Part shown: positions 1 to 8,447 of the stretch, piece by piece
How the letters are laid out: each line of letters opens with the position of its first letter
How positions within the stretch are numbered: the stretch's first letter is position 1
NCBI GenBank assembly: GCA_038319515.1
Contig: JBBQDH010000002.1
Coordinates: forward strand, 3,318 to 67,317
DNA length: 64,000 nt
Direction of reading: 5' to 3'
DNA from: Bryobacterales bacterium
Lineage (GTDB): Bacteria; Acidobacteriota; Terriglobia; Bryobacterales; Bryobacteraceae
The notes under the pieces: model-generated
What the model was told of the DNA's origin: nothing
Seen by the model: only the letters and a program-made list of their open reading frames with translations
Database searches by the model: none
Made by a program: the position numbers and the translations under genes

Positions 1-269
1 CCCCCGAACGCCCGTTGCAGCAGGTCTCCGGCGAGCTGCTTTTGCGTCCATTCGCGCGGTTTGGTGGCTGCGTAGACATGCGCCCGCTGCTCCTCGTCAC
101 GTTTGACGAGTTGCTTGGTGGCCATTATTTGCAGGGTCTTGAGGACGGTTGTGTACTGCGTTGGTTTACGTTGGGAAACTTCGTCGTGGACTTCGCGGAC
201 GGTAGAGGGTCCGCGAGTCCAGAGGATGGAGAGGAGTTCGAGTTCGGAATCCGTGGGCAGGGCAAGCAT
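1..269 (-). CDS. BlaI/MecI/CopY-family winged-helix transcriptional repressor (C-terminus cut by window edge)
   Basis: Own translation of the minus strand from ATG (complement of 267-269): MLALPTDSELELLSILWTRGPSTVREVHDEVSQRKPTQYTTVLKTLQIMATKQLVKRDEEQRAHVYAATKPREWTQKQLAGDLLQRAFG. This fits the penicillinase-repressor N-terminal DNA-binding pattern. It is absent from the ORF track because it is truncated; plus ORF 15..353 is its antisense shadow. Confidence 0.8.
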   Translation of the reverse strand, partial: MLALPTDSELELLSILWTRGPSTVREVHDEVSQRKPTQYTTVLKTLQIMATKQLVKRDEEQRAHVYAATKPREWTQKQLAGDLLQRAFG

Positions 270-327
270 CTACGAAAACATTACTACGATGGTTTTCGTA
301 TGTCAAGCGGGAGGTTTGGGGCAGAGC

Positions 328-1035
328 TTACACGGTCATGCGCTGCCAGATAGCGCGACCGATGAAGAACGGTCCCATCTCCTGCATGAAGAACGACGTC
401 TGTTTCGTCCTGCGCATGGCCTGGACGCAGGCGGAGAGAGGGAATAGTTCTTTACCGATGAGGCCGATGACGAAGTCGTTATCGTGCTGGTCGATGCCGA
501 AGCTGGCGAGGCGGACGTCTTTGGCAAACCCGGCTTCTCCAAAACTGTGGCCGATTTTGCCGTGTTCGCGAAGGATGACAGACTGCTCTTCGGGCGGCAG
601 GGCATTGAACTCACCCTTACGACGGAGCGGATACCAGACCGCCCAGCGCCAATCAGGATCGGTGACGGATTTGCGGGAGCGGTCGATTAGCCATTCCTGG
701 AGATTGGGCTCGTGGCCGAGTGCATAAGTCCGACCCATCATGGTGTATTCAGGTTTCAGCGTGAGGTCCGCGAAAGGGCCCTGGTTCAGGAAAGGGCGGA
801 CGGTGGTGACGAAGTGATCGGGGTTGTCGCTCCACGTCACGAGGGCCACGCCGCGGGGGTCGTTGGCATCTTCATAGAGCACGGCTTCAAGCGACGAAGC
901 ATCGAGCGCGGCGGTTAGTTTGGCAGTGTCAGGCGCATTACCAAATGCCAGGAGCTGCATGAACAGCCGGCGGTCTGAGGTCTGTTGTTCGCCGGCGCGC
1001 ACGCCGCCTTTTTCTCTGAGATCGAGTTGTTCCAC
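328..1035 (-). CDS. chlorite dismutase (Cld/HemQ-like) family protein
   Basis: 235-aa ORF. Segments such as WAVWYPLRRKGEFNALPPEEQSVILREHGKIGHSFGEAG and FVIGLIGKELFPLSACVQAMRRT resemble Cld-superfamily proteins. Same strand as, and upstream of, the BlaI-like gene. Confidence 0.7.
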   Translation of the reverse strand: MEQLDLREKGGVRAGEQQTSDRRLFMQLLAFGNAPDTAKLTAALDASSLEAVLYEDANDPRGVALVTWSDNPDHFVTTVRPFLNQGPFADLTLKPEYTMMGRTYALGHEPNLQEWLIDRSRKSVTDPDWRWAVWYPLRRKGEFNALPPEEQSVILREHGKIGHSFGEAGFAKDVRLASFGIDQHDNDFVIGLIGKELFPLSACVQAMRRTKQTSFFMQEMGPFFIGRAIWQRMTV

Positions 1036-1039
1036 ACCC

Positions 1040-1726
1040 TCAGGATAAGGCCTGGAGTTTTGTCACGATGATGGGTGTGGTGGTTGGTTGAGCCGAACCG
1101 CCTGAGGGCTCCACGGAAATCGCCATGGCTGCGGCGTTGGCCGCGGGGCCGGGGCGCAGGTGGATGGCGGTGGAATCTGCGAGGGCGCTGAACGTGCCTG
1201 CCGGGATGGGGTTGCCGGATGCGGGGATAATCCACATTTCGAAAGTGCGGCCGGCGTCAAGCTTTGGCAGGTGCGCGGCGATGAAGAGCACGCCTTTCGT
1301 GGGGCTGACGTAGAAGCGGCCGCGGGCGGCGGGATCGCCGAAGGAGGCGTCTCTGGTGACGGGGTCGTTCAGGATGGAAAGAGCTTCTTCGAATTGTGGC
1401 CGGCTCGCGTTTGGCTTCCGCACAGACACGACAAGCAGCGCGATTCCGAGTGTGGCGGCCACCGCCCAGGGGAATGCCACCGCGAACCATTTGCGTGCGG
1501 GCTCCGGACTCACCATGGCGATGATTCGCCTGCGAAGACTCTTCGGTGGATCGACCGGTTGGGCCAGGGCCGCGAGATTCGCGACGGTCAGCATGGCGCT
1601 GCGTACGCCCCTCCTGCAGGCGTCGCAATCACCATCAAGATGCAGGGAAATTTCAGAACGTTCCGGCTCGTCGGCAGTGCCGAGTGCCCAGGCGCCGTAG
1701 TCGTTGCGGAGCTCCTCGCAGGTCAT
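1040..1726 (-). CDS. anti-sigma factor, RskA-like extracytoplasmic domain
   Basis: ORF 1040..1783 trimmed to the ATG at 1726, which overlaps the sigma-factor stop (ATGA, 1723-1726). It has an N-terminal cytoplasmic segment with HLDGDCDAC and one TM helix (WFAVAFPWAVAATLGIALLVV). The C-terminal domain (FEMWIIPASGNPIPAGTF...MAISVEPSGGS) is typical of anti-sigma-K/RskA. Confidence 0.8.
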   Translation of the reverse strand: MTCEELRNDYGAWALGTADEPERSEISLHLDGDCDACRRGVRSAMLTVANLAALAQPVDPPKSLRRRIIAMVSPEPARKWFAVAFPWAVAATLGIALLVVSVRKPNASRPQFEEALSILNDPVTRDASFGDPAARGRFYVSPTKGVLFIAAHLPKLDAGRTFEMWIIPASGNPIPAGTFSALADSTAIHLRPGPAANAAAMAISVEPSGGSAQPTTTPIIVTKLQALS

Positions 1727-2316
1727 GCGGAAGCCTCCTGCCCGAGCTCGTCGCGGAGCGCCTTCAGCGCGCTGCGAACCCACGTCTTCACTGTGCCGAG
1801 AGGCTGGCTCATGCGCTCGGCCATTTCGGTCTGCGAAAGGCCCTCGTAATAGGCGAGTTCGATGACCTTCTGCTGATTCTCATTCAGCTTTGCCATGGCC
1901 TTCCTGATGACGCGGGCGTTGTCGCGGTTGAGGATGCCGCGCTCCATATCGACGAAGAGCGAAGGGTGCTCCCGGACATCGAACTCATACGAGTTGCGCT
2001 GCATGCGCGAACCGGCGGACCGGATGTGATCGATTGCGCGATTGCGCGCGATGGTGAGCAGCCATGGGCCCAGCGCGCCGCGGCCTGCTTCGAAGGCGTG
2101 GGCGCGATTCCAGACGCGCAGGAAAGTCTCCTGAACCAGGTCTTCGGTGAGCGAGGAATCGCGGACCACGGCAAAGATAACGGAATACGCCAGCCTGCCG
2201 AAGCGATCATAGAGATCAGCCATGGCCTGCGGCTCTTTGCGCTGCAGGCGTCGGGCCAGTTCTTCATCGTTCTGGTCGCTCAGTTCAAGCGCAAGTATGA
2301 GGCCTGGAAGGATCAT
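1723..2316 (-). CDS. ECF (sigma-70 family) RNA polymerase sigma factor
   Basis: ORF 1723..2547 trimmed to the ATG at 2316 (MILPGL..., about 197 aa). Region 2 is DLVQETFLRVWNRAHAF...WLLTIARNRAIDHIR. Region 4 is QQKVIELAYYEGLSQTEMAERMSQPLGTVKTWVRSALKALR. Translationally coupled to the downstream anti-sigma gene. Confidence 0.9.
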   Translation of the reverse strand: MILPGLILALELSDQNDEELARRLQRKEPQAMADLYDRFGRLAYSVIFAVVRDSSLTEDLVQETFLRVWNRAHAFEAGRGALGPWLLTIARNRAIDHIRSAGSRMQRNSYEFDVREHPSLFVDMERGILNRDNARVIRKAMAKLNENQQKVIELAYYEGLSQTEMAERMSQPLGTVKTWVRSALKALRDELGQEASA

Positions 2317-2550
2317 GCGGACGGCACAGACTTGAGGATAGCTCTCTGCCTGGAGCCATCTGTCCGGAGGCCGCGAAGGGCGTTCTGCAATGCGCAGGCT
2401 CACACCTGTTGGTACGAGTGGCAGGCCGCAGCGGATGGATGGATTTTTTTTCTTGACATTCGTACGGAGTAACTCTATATATGAATCACACTCCGGTTTT
2501 TCGAAACCGTGACATTTTGATTCGGGAGAATCATTTCGACGAAGCATACA

Positions 2551-2572
2551 GGGGCTCCGGAAACGGAGCCCT
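2551..2572 (-). terminator. GC-rich hairpin downstream of the TIM-barrel gene (possible intrinsic terminator, weak U-tract)
   Basis: ggggctccg-gaaa-cggagccct forms an 8-9 bp stem 26 nt past the stop at 2598. On the minus strand it is followed by TGTATGCTTC, which is only moderately U-rich. Confidence 0.4.
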
Positions 2573-2597
2573 TTCCTATTGCGCTGTGTCAGCCTGG

Positions 2598-3536
2598 CTA
2601 AATCAGTTTGGCCGTGGACATCATGCCGCGCAACGCAGTCAGATCGCGTTTCATGGCGTTCATGATGTCGGCCTGGCTCATGGTGAGGCCGGTGCGGTTG
2701 CCTTTATCGGCACCGCCGAGCGGGTATTCGAAATGCACCTGGAAGGGCCCGTTGAAATGAGCTTCGCGAATCATGTCGAAGAAGCGCGCGAACTTCACCA
2801 TGCCCTCGCCGATGGGCTTCCACTCTGCCTGCCACTGACCCTTCGGATTCTTCTCCCAGAGGAAGTCTTTCACGGCAACACCGCGCAGGTAGTCGCCGGT
2901 GATGCGCAGGCTTTCCATCCAGCCGCCGAAGCCGCCTTCCACGGTGGCGTGACCGATATCGTAATTCACGCCGACCAGCTTCGGATCGAAGCCCCGGAGG
3001 ATCTCATGCAGGTCCCAGATGGACGCGCCGACAAGGTCGATTCCGGAGTGCGTGTGATACATGGCGGAGGCCTGATACCTGCCGTTCAATGCGGCCAGTT
3101 TGGCGACGCGGGGTTTGAAGTCTTCAATCTGATTTGCGAGTGGCTTGTCCTTCGTCCACTTATAGCCGCCCCAGCGGTAGTGATGAATGCCGAGTTCAGT
3201 CATGGTGGCGAGAACATCGTCGGCCCAGGGAGTGTCCGCGTCGCTGATGTCCGTTGTGAGCATGGGCACTTCGAGCCCGTGCTTACGGATGATGGAGACC
3301 AGAGCCGGCAGGTCCTGCCGCACACGCGCGGGTTCGATGTGGCCCTTGGCGCGGACGGCGAGATCGATGCCATCGAAGCCCATTTCTTTGGTCGCTTTCG
3401 CGAGCGCTTCACCTTCGAGGAATTGCAGGTGTTTCGAGAAGACGCAGATTTTCAGTTTCGAGGGCGCGGGCTGCGCGGGCAGGGCGGTGGCAGCGGCCAG
3501 GGTGGCGGCGGATTGCAGAAGGGTACGACGTGTCAT
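2598..3536 (-). CDS. Tat-signal sugar phosphate isomerase/epimerase (xylose isomerase-like TIM barrel) protein
   Basis: 312 aa. Twin-arginine leader MTRRTLLQSAATLAAATALPA. The body (FDGIDLAV..., HYRWGGY..., NYDIGHATVEGG...) fits AP-endonuclease-2/xylose-isomerase-like TIM barrels. Last gene of the ABC operon. Confidence 0.8.
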   Translation of the reverse strand: MTRRTLLQSAATLAAATALPAQPAPSKLKICVFSKHLQFLEGEALAKATKEMGFDGIDLAVRAKGHIEPARVRQDLPALVSIIRKHGLEVPMLTTDISDADTPWADDVLATMTELGIHHYRWGGYKWTKDKPLANQIEDFKPRVAKLAALNGRYQASAMYHTHSGIDLVGASIWDLHEILRGFDPKLVGVNYDIGHATVEGGFGGWMESLRITGDYLRGVAVKDFLWEKNPKGQWQAEWKPIGEGMVKFARFFDMIREAHFNGPFQVHFEYPLGGADKGNRTGLTMSQADIMNAMKRDLTALRGMMSTAKLI

Positions 3537-3561
3537 CTCGCTTCTCAGCTTACAGGGAAAG

Positions 3562-4500
3562 TTATACGGTGCGCCGTTTGCGCACCTCGTCGAGTGTCAC
3601 GGCCAGAATGATGACGGCACCGATAATCACCTGTTGCCAGTAATTGGAAATATTCAACAGATCGGCGCCGTTCGAAAGCAGGCCCATGATGAAGGCTCCG
3701 ATGAGAGTTCCGACGACGCTGCCTTCGCCGCCATTCAGACTGCCTCCGCCGATCACGACGGCAGCAATGGCCTGGAGTTCGTAGCCCTGCCCTGCGGTCG
3801 GTTGCCCGGTCATCAGGCGTGAGGCCTCGATCATGCCTGCTAGGCCCGTGAGCGCGCCGCCAATGGCGTAGACGGCGGTCATGTGGAAGTCCACCGGAAT
3901 GCCTGCGTAGACCGACGCGATCTTGTTGCTGCCGATGGCAAAGGCATAGCGACCGAGCCGGGTGTGTTCCAGCACGATGTGGACGAAGACCGCGCAGATG
4001 ACGAGCATCCAGGCGACGAACGGAATGCCCAGCAGACTGCCTTCGCCGAGGAACGAAAATCCGGCGGGGATTTTATGCACGGGCAGGCCGTTTGAAAAGA
4101 TGAGCGCGAGCCCGCGATAGATGCCCAGCGTGCCCAGGGTGACGACGAACGGCGGGATGCGCAGCCGGGTGATCAGCAGGCCGTTGAGAAAGCCGCAGAG
4201 CATGCCGACCGCGATGCCGATGAAGACGCCGACCACGATGGGATAACCGCGTTCGAGGGCGAGCGTGCCGATGAGGCCGGCGAGGCCCAGGATGGACCCG
4301 ACGGAAAGGTCGATACCGCCCGAGATGATGACGATGGTCATGCCCAGCGCCATGGTGTTGAAGACTGCGGTTTGGCGGAAGACGCTGGTCAGGTTGTTCG
4401 CGGTGAGGAAGTAGGGCGAGGCTATGGAGAGCCCGATGAAGAGAACGATCAGACTGAGGAAGGGGAGCAGGCGCTGCAGCAGAGCGCGGTCGAACTTCAT
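3562..4500 (-). CDS. sugar ABC transporter permease (CUT2, RbsC/AraH-like)
   Basis: 312 aa, polytopic and hydrophobic throughout. ITRLRIPPFVVTLGTLGIYRGLA is typical of ribose-type permeases. 4-nt overlap with the upstream ATPase gene. Confidence 0.85.
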   Translation of the reverse strand: MKFDRALLQRLLPFLSLIVLFIGLSIASPYFLTANNLTSVFRQTAVFNTMALGMTIVIISGGIDLSVGSILGLAGLIGTLALERGYPIVVGVFIGIAVGMLCGFLNGLLITRLRIPPFVVTLGTLGIYRGLALIFSNGLPVHKIPAGFSFLGEGSLLGIPFVAWMLVICAVFVHIVLEHTRLGRYAFAIGSNKIASVYAGIPVDFHMTAVYAIGGALTGLAGMIEASRLMTGQPTAGQGYELQAIAAVVIGGGSLNGGEGSVVGTLIGAFIMGLLSNGADLLNISNYWQQVIIGAVIILAVTLDEVRKRRTV

Positions 4501-5984
4501 GCGGCGGATTCCATAACAGCCAGTTTCATAATTTGTTCCTGTGTACAGCCGCGCGGCAGTTCGCCGGAGAGCCTGCCCTGCCGCATGACGACGATGCGGT
4601 CGGCAACGTGAAGGAGTTCGGGCAGCTCAGAGCTCACCATCAGAATGGCCGCGCCGGCGCGGGCGAGTTCACTCATCAGTTCGAAGACTTCTGATTTTGC
4701 ACCGATATCGATGCCGCGGGTGGGTTCGTCAAAAAGAAAAATGCCGGCCTCACGGAAGAGCCATTTCGCGATGACGACCTTCTGTTGATTGCCGCCGCTG
4801 AGCGTGCCGGCGAGCTGCGCGGGGGACGCTGCTTTGAGGCGCATCTTCGCGCCGAGTTCGGTCGACAGCCTGTTCTGGGCTTTGAGGTCGAGAAAGCCGA
4901 AGCGGCTGATACGCTCCACATTCGCCATGGTGACGTTGGCGCCGATGGGCAGGCGCAGGGCAAGGCCGGAAACCTGGCGGTCTTCGGTGACGAGCGCGAT
5001 GCCCGCTTTCACGGCGTCGCGCGGGGATTTGATTTGGGCAGGTTTGCCGTGGATGAGGATCTGGCCGGAGTCAATCGCGTCCATGCCGAAGATGGCGCGG
5101 CAGAGTTCGGTACGCCCTGCGCCGATGAGGCCCGCCATGCCTGTGATCTCGCCCTTGCGCAGCGTGATGGAAACGTCTTTCAGGTTCGAAGCCGCCACGC
5201 TGATACCGCGCACTTCCAGCGCCGGTGCGCCGGGGGCAAGGTGTTCGCGCTGGTAGATTTGCGCGACCTCGCGGCCCACCATATGGCGGATGAGCAGGTC
5301 GGTCGGAATGTCGGCCAGGTCGCCTGTATGGACCATGCTGCCATCACGCAGAACCGTAACTTTATCTCCGATGGCGCGGAGCTCTTCCATGCGGTGGGTG
5401 ATGTAGATGATGCCCATTTTGCGGGCCTTCAGATCACGCACGATGCGGAAGACCTGTTGCGTTTCTGTGTCCGAAAGAGAGGACGTTGGCTCGTCGAAGA
5501 TCAGCAAGCTGGACCCGTGCTGAATGGCCCGGCAGATTTCCACCATCTGGCGGCCCGCGGGGGTGAGGCGTCCCACGCGCCATTCGGCATTGAGGGGGAA
5601 GTTGTACTGCTCGATGAGGGCGCGCGCTTTTTCGGTGATCTCGCGGCGATTCACCCAGCCGAACGGAGCGCGCGGTTCGCGACCGAGGAAGATGTTCTCA
5701 GCCACCGTCATATGTGGGGCGAGAAGTGACTCCTGGTTGACCATCGCGATGCCCATGGCGGCGGCTTCAGCGGGGGAGCGAAGGAAGACTTCCTGCCCGT
5801 TCCAGAGCATGCGGCCGACGTCGCGCTGCACGATGCCGGCCACGATTTTCATGAGCGTGGATTTGCCGGCGCCATTCTCGCCGAGCAGCAGGTGGACCTC
5901 GCCTGCATTGACGGAGAGGCTCCCCTTGCGGAGAGCGGTGACGCCGCCGAAACGCTTTTCTATGTCCTGGAGTTCAAGCAGCAC
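4497..5984 (-). CDS. sugar ABC transporter ATP-binding protein, duplicated NBD (RbsA-like)
   Basis: 495 aa. Walker A GENGAGKST, Walker B LLIFDEPT, a second NBD with GLIGAGRTE, signature LSGGNQQKV and FLFDEPTRGID. Confidence 0.9.
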   Translation of the reverse strand: MLLELQDIEKRFGGVTALRKGSLSVNAGEVHLLLGENGAGKSTLMKIVAGIVQRDVGRMLWNGQEVFLRSPAEAAAMGIAMVNQESLLAPHMTVAENIFLGREPRAPFGWVNRREITEKARALIEQYNFPLNAEWRVGRLTPAGRQMVEICRAIQHGSSLLIFDEPTSSLSDTETQQVFRIVRDLKARKMGIIYITHRMEELRAIGDKVTVLRDGSMVHTGDLADIPTDLLIRHMVGREVAQIYQREHLAPGAPALEVRGISVAASNLKDVSITLRKGEITGMAGLIGAGRTELCRAIFGMDAIDSGQILIHGKPAQIKSPRDAVKAGIALVTEDRQVSGLALRLPIGANVTMANVERISRFGFLDLKAQNRLSTELGAKMRLKAASPAQLAGTLSGGNQQKVVIAKWLFREAGIFLFDEPTRGIDIGAKSEVFELMSELARAGAAILMVSSELPELLHVADRIVVMRQGRLSGELPRGCTQEQIMKLAVMESAA

Positions 5985-6004
5985 CGAAGCGCTAGTTTAT
6001 CGCA

Positions 6005-6085
6005 CTACTTTGAAACAACCAGCAGCACGAATGAGCCAGGCCTCAGGGTGCGGACCAGAACCTGACGGGGTCGGCGTTGGGCTTC
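6005..6085 (-). pseudogene. ghost 3' end of a YncE-like beta-propeller gene (frameshifted relic)
   Basis: The minus-strand reading gives KPNADP, then a 1-nt deletion, then VRTLRPGSFVLLVVSK-stop. The intact gene 7376..8377 ends KPNADPAKPPVRTMKPGSFVLLVVSQ-stop. No upstream body of the gene is present. Confidence 0.7.
6011..6085. repeat. left copy of imperfect ~75-nt direct repeat
   Basis: Hand alignment with 7382-7457 gives about 65 identical of 76 columns with one 1-nt indel. Shared blocks are tgaaacaaccagcagcacgaatga, ggtgcggacc and gcgttgggcttc. Confidence 0.8.
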
Positions 6086-6235
6086 CCAAGGCGATGGTCG
6101 TGAGCTGTTCCCCAGGCTTTGTGGTTTCTTATACACTTTAATGCAGCTTAATATTGACAGTAAAACCAGTACAAGCTGGTTTCGAAACGGCGACATCACC
6201 TTAATCTGATCAGGTAACGCCAAAGAGTGGTAAAA

Positions 6236-6553
6236 GTGAAACACAAAAGCCAATCTTTACTGGTTCATCTCGCGGCATTAGTAACGTCGTGCGTTTTTGG
6301 CGTGGGTATCGCCAACGCCACCTGTGGCCAAAATACCGGCTACGCATGTACAGGCACATACGGCGCAGGTGATGCTTGTGCGTGGCCCTGGACTTGTTAC
6401 GTGGCGGAATGTCAGTTCTCAGCGAGCACATGCTACAGTTCCCCGGGCGGAGGGATCGGCACTCCCTGCATCGACGGGAATTGCGGTGTAACTCAATGTG
6501 TGATTTTTCAACCTTCTAACCTGGGTAGCTGGTGCGCGTGCGGTAACTGTTAG
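6236..6553 (+). CDS. small secreted cysteine-rich protein (12 Cys in a ~77-aa mature part), unknown family
   Basis: ORF 6227..6553 has only GTG starts (6227, 6236); AGAGTGG lies just upstream of 6236. Sec-type leader KHKSQSLLVHLAALVTSCVFGVGIANA, then TCGQNTGYACTGTYGAGDACAWPWTCYVAECQFSASTCYSSPGGGIGTPCIDGNCGVTQCVIFQPSNLGSWCACGNC. Lies in an AT-rich patch. Confidence 0.6.
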   Translation: MKHKSQSLLVHLAALVTSCVFGVGIANATCGQNTGYACTGTYGAGDACAWPWTCYVAECQFSASTCYSSPGGGIGTPCIDGNCGVTQCVIFQPSNLGSWCACGNC

Positions 6554-6580
6554 CTGACTACGAAGAAGAGGATCTAAGTT

Positions 6581-7372
6581 ATGAAGAAAACGGTAATTTT
6601 TATCGTGGCGATTGGCATGGCTGTTTCGTATCTGGCCACACGTCAAAGTATTGTTTCGGCGCAGTCTCCCGCGGCGTTCACGCAGGTGTACAACATCTCC
6701 TGGAGAAACCTGGAAAATCCTGGAAAGAACAAGGACGACCGGGAAGTTCTCGCTCAGAAGGCTGATGGCTCAACCAGCCACGCGTCAACCTTTGCCGGTT
6801 CACCCGATCTGGTAAACCGGGCCATTGAATTGGCAACGGGAGAAAGGATCGATGTCAACGATCTTCTGAAAATGAAGAGCACACACTACGCGACTCCTGA
6901 TGTTGTCACGGCCCGAAAGGTCAATCGGCTCACGCCGGCTGCGGATTGCAGTAATTTCAAGGAGAGGGAAGACAACAAACCGGGTCGGGTCTTATTGGGA
7001 AATTTCACATTTCTGAATCATCCGGTAAAGAGGTTTACTGTTACTTTTCAGGCAAACAGTGGAGACCGGATACGCGTAACATCCAGTTACGCTTCTGATT
7101 TGAATTGTGCTGAAGTGGATCGGCTGGAGGAAACTCTCGAGCCTGGAACGGAACGGGTTCTTAAGACTCAGTCGCGCTCCGCTTCCGTGATCACGTCGGG
7201 GCCGCCGGATGAGAAGTATTTCAATATTCCTTCTGATTATCTCGAGGTGCCGCCGAGTACGCTCAACATTGCCTGGGGTAAGCACTTCGGCGTTGATGCA
7301 GACCAGCACATGATCGACGGGTGGGTCAATGTGCTGGACAAAAAGTACTACGAGGCGCAAAAGAAGCAGTAG
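6581..7372 (+). CDS. secreted hypothetical protein (263 aa)
   Basis: ATG preceded by GAAGAAGAGGA. Signal peptide MKKTVIFIVAIGMAVSYLATRQSIVSAQS. I recognise no motif. Lower GC than surroundings (line 6961-7020: 28/60 by hand). Starts 27 nt after the Cys-rich ORF. Confidence 0.7.
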   Translation: MKKTVIFIVAIGMAVSYLATRQSIVSAQSPAAFTQVYNISWRNLENPGKNKDDREVLAQKADGSTSHASTFAGSPDLVNRAIELATGERIDVNDLLKMKSTHYATPDVVTARKVNRLTPAADCSNFKEREDNKPGRVLLGNFTFLNHPVKRFTVTFQANSGDRIRVTSSYASDLNCAEVDRLEETLEPGTERVLKTQSRSASVITSGPPDEKYFNIPSDYLEVPPSTLNIAWGKHFGVDADQHMIDGWVNVLDKKYYEAQKKQ

Positions 7373-7375
7373 GTT

Positions 7376-8377
7376 TCACTGTGAAACAACCAGCAGCACG
7401 AATGAACCCGGCTTCATGGTGCGGACCGGGGGCTTGGCGGGGTCTGCGTTGGGCTTCATGTCGTACTCGGCGGCGGGCAGGAAGATCTTCTTCGTCTTCG
7501 GGTCCATTCCCATGGTCTTGGCACCGGCCTGTGTGGTGAGAGCGCCGCCTTCATAGACGTCGGCGGACTTCTGCAGGAACGTGTTCAGAACACCCTGCCC
7601 GGTAGACACGAGGACGGTCTTGGTGGCTGCGTCGAACTCCGCCCAGTCAGCGCCGGTGCCGATGGGGAAGCTGGTGATGACCTTGCCGGACTTCGCGTCC
7701 ATCACGACCATCTTCGGTTCCTTGCGGCAGGCGATGAAGAGCCGACTGGTCTTCGCATCGTAGGCAAGACCGGTGGGGGTCTCGGCAATGCCGATGGGAT
7801 AACGGTGTTTCACTTCGAGCGATTTGGGGTCGAAGGCCACTACTTCAGCGGTGTCTTCGCTGTTGACGTAATAGAGGCCGTCGCTGCCTTTGATGGCCTG
7901 TTCGCCGTCGCCTGCCAGCTTCACGGTTCCTGCCACTTCTCCGGTCTTTGCGTCGATGGCGGTGATGTCGTGCGAGCCATGGTTGTTGGTGAAGACGCGG
8001 TTGGTGGCGGCGTCGTACCAGATGCCATCCGGCCCCTTGCCGACATCAATCTTTTTGATGAGTTTCAGGGATTCCGGCTCGAACATGCTGACTTTGTTTT
8101 CGCGGCCGTTGCTGGTGAAGCCGTGTTTTTCGCCGGGCGCGATGGCTACGCCGTGCACGCCTGGTGTATCCGGGATGGTGCCGATGAGCTTACCGTTATC
8201 GGCGTCGACTACCTCCACTTGTGTGGCGTGTGAGATGTAGACGCGGCGGGCGGCGCTGTCGACAGTCACGTAGTCCCAGCCGCCTGTGCCCGGCAGCGGG
8301 TAGCGTTCAATAATTTTGTAATCTGCTGCGCCTGACAGCGAAACCATTAAAAACAATCCGGTTACAACGCTTTTCAT
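7376..8377 (-). CDS. YncE-like / YVTN-family beta-propeller repeat protein, secreted
   Basis: 333 aa. Signal peptide MKSVVTGLFLMVSLSGAA. Repeated ~40-aa units (GGWDYVTVD..., GVHGVAIAP..., GPDGIWYDA..., PTGLAYDA...) are typical of YVTN/YncE seven-bladed propellers. Confidence 0.8.
   Translation of the reverse strand: MKSVVTGLFLMVSLSGAADYKIIERYPLPGTGGWDYVTVDSAARRVYISHATQVEVVDADNGKLIGTIPDTPGVHGVAIAPGEKHGFTSNGRENKVSMFEPESLKLIKKIDVGKGPDGIWYDAATNRVFTNNHGSHDITAIDAKTGEVAGTVKLAGDGEQAIKGSDGLYYVNSEDTAEVVAFDPKSLEVKHRYPIGIAETPTGLAYDAKTSRLFIACRKEPKMVVMDAKSGKVITSFPIGTGADWAEFDAATKTVLVSTGQGVLNTFLQKSADVYEGGALTTQAGAKTMGMDPKTKKIFLPAAEYDMKPNADPAKPPVRTMKPGSFVLLVVSQ
7382..7457. repeat. right copy of imperfect direct repeat (functional 3' end of the beta-propeller gene)
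   Basis: See 6011-6085; the offset between the two copies is 1371 nt. Confidence 0.8.
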
Positions 8378-8447
8378 ATTCGAATTCTCCAGGTCAAGCG
8401 TGGCAGGCGGAACTGAAATTTCGCTGAATGAACGTTCACCGATCGCT

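Noticed and set aside
2317-2480. Searched upstream of the ECF operons (also 62783-62900 and 30329-30480) for GGAAC-N16/17-CGTC type ECF promoters
   Set aside because: Only loose matches with wrong spacing were found (for example AGAACC ... CAGTC about 22 nt apart upstream of 62782). I cannot support a promoter call without a motif model or TSS data.
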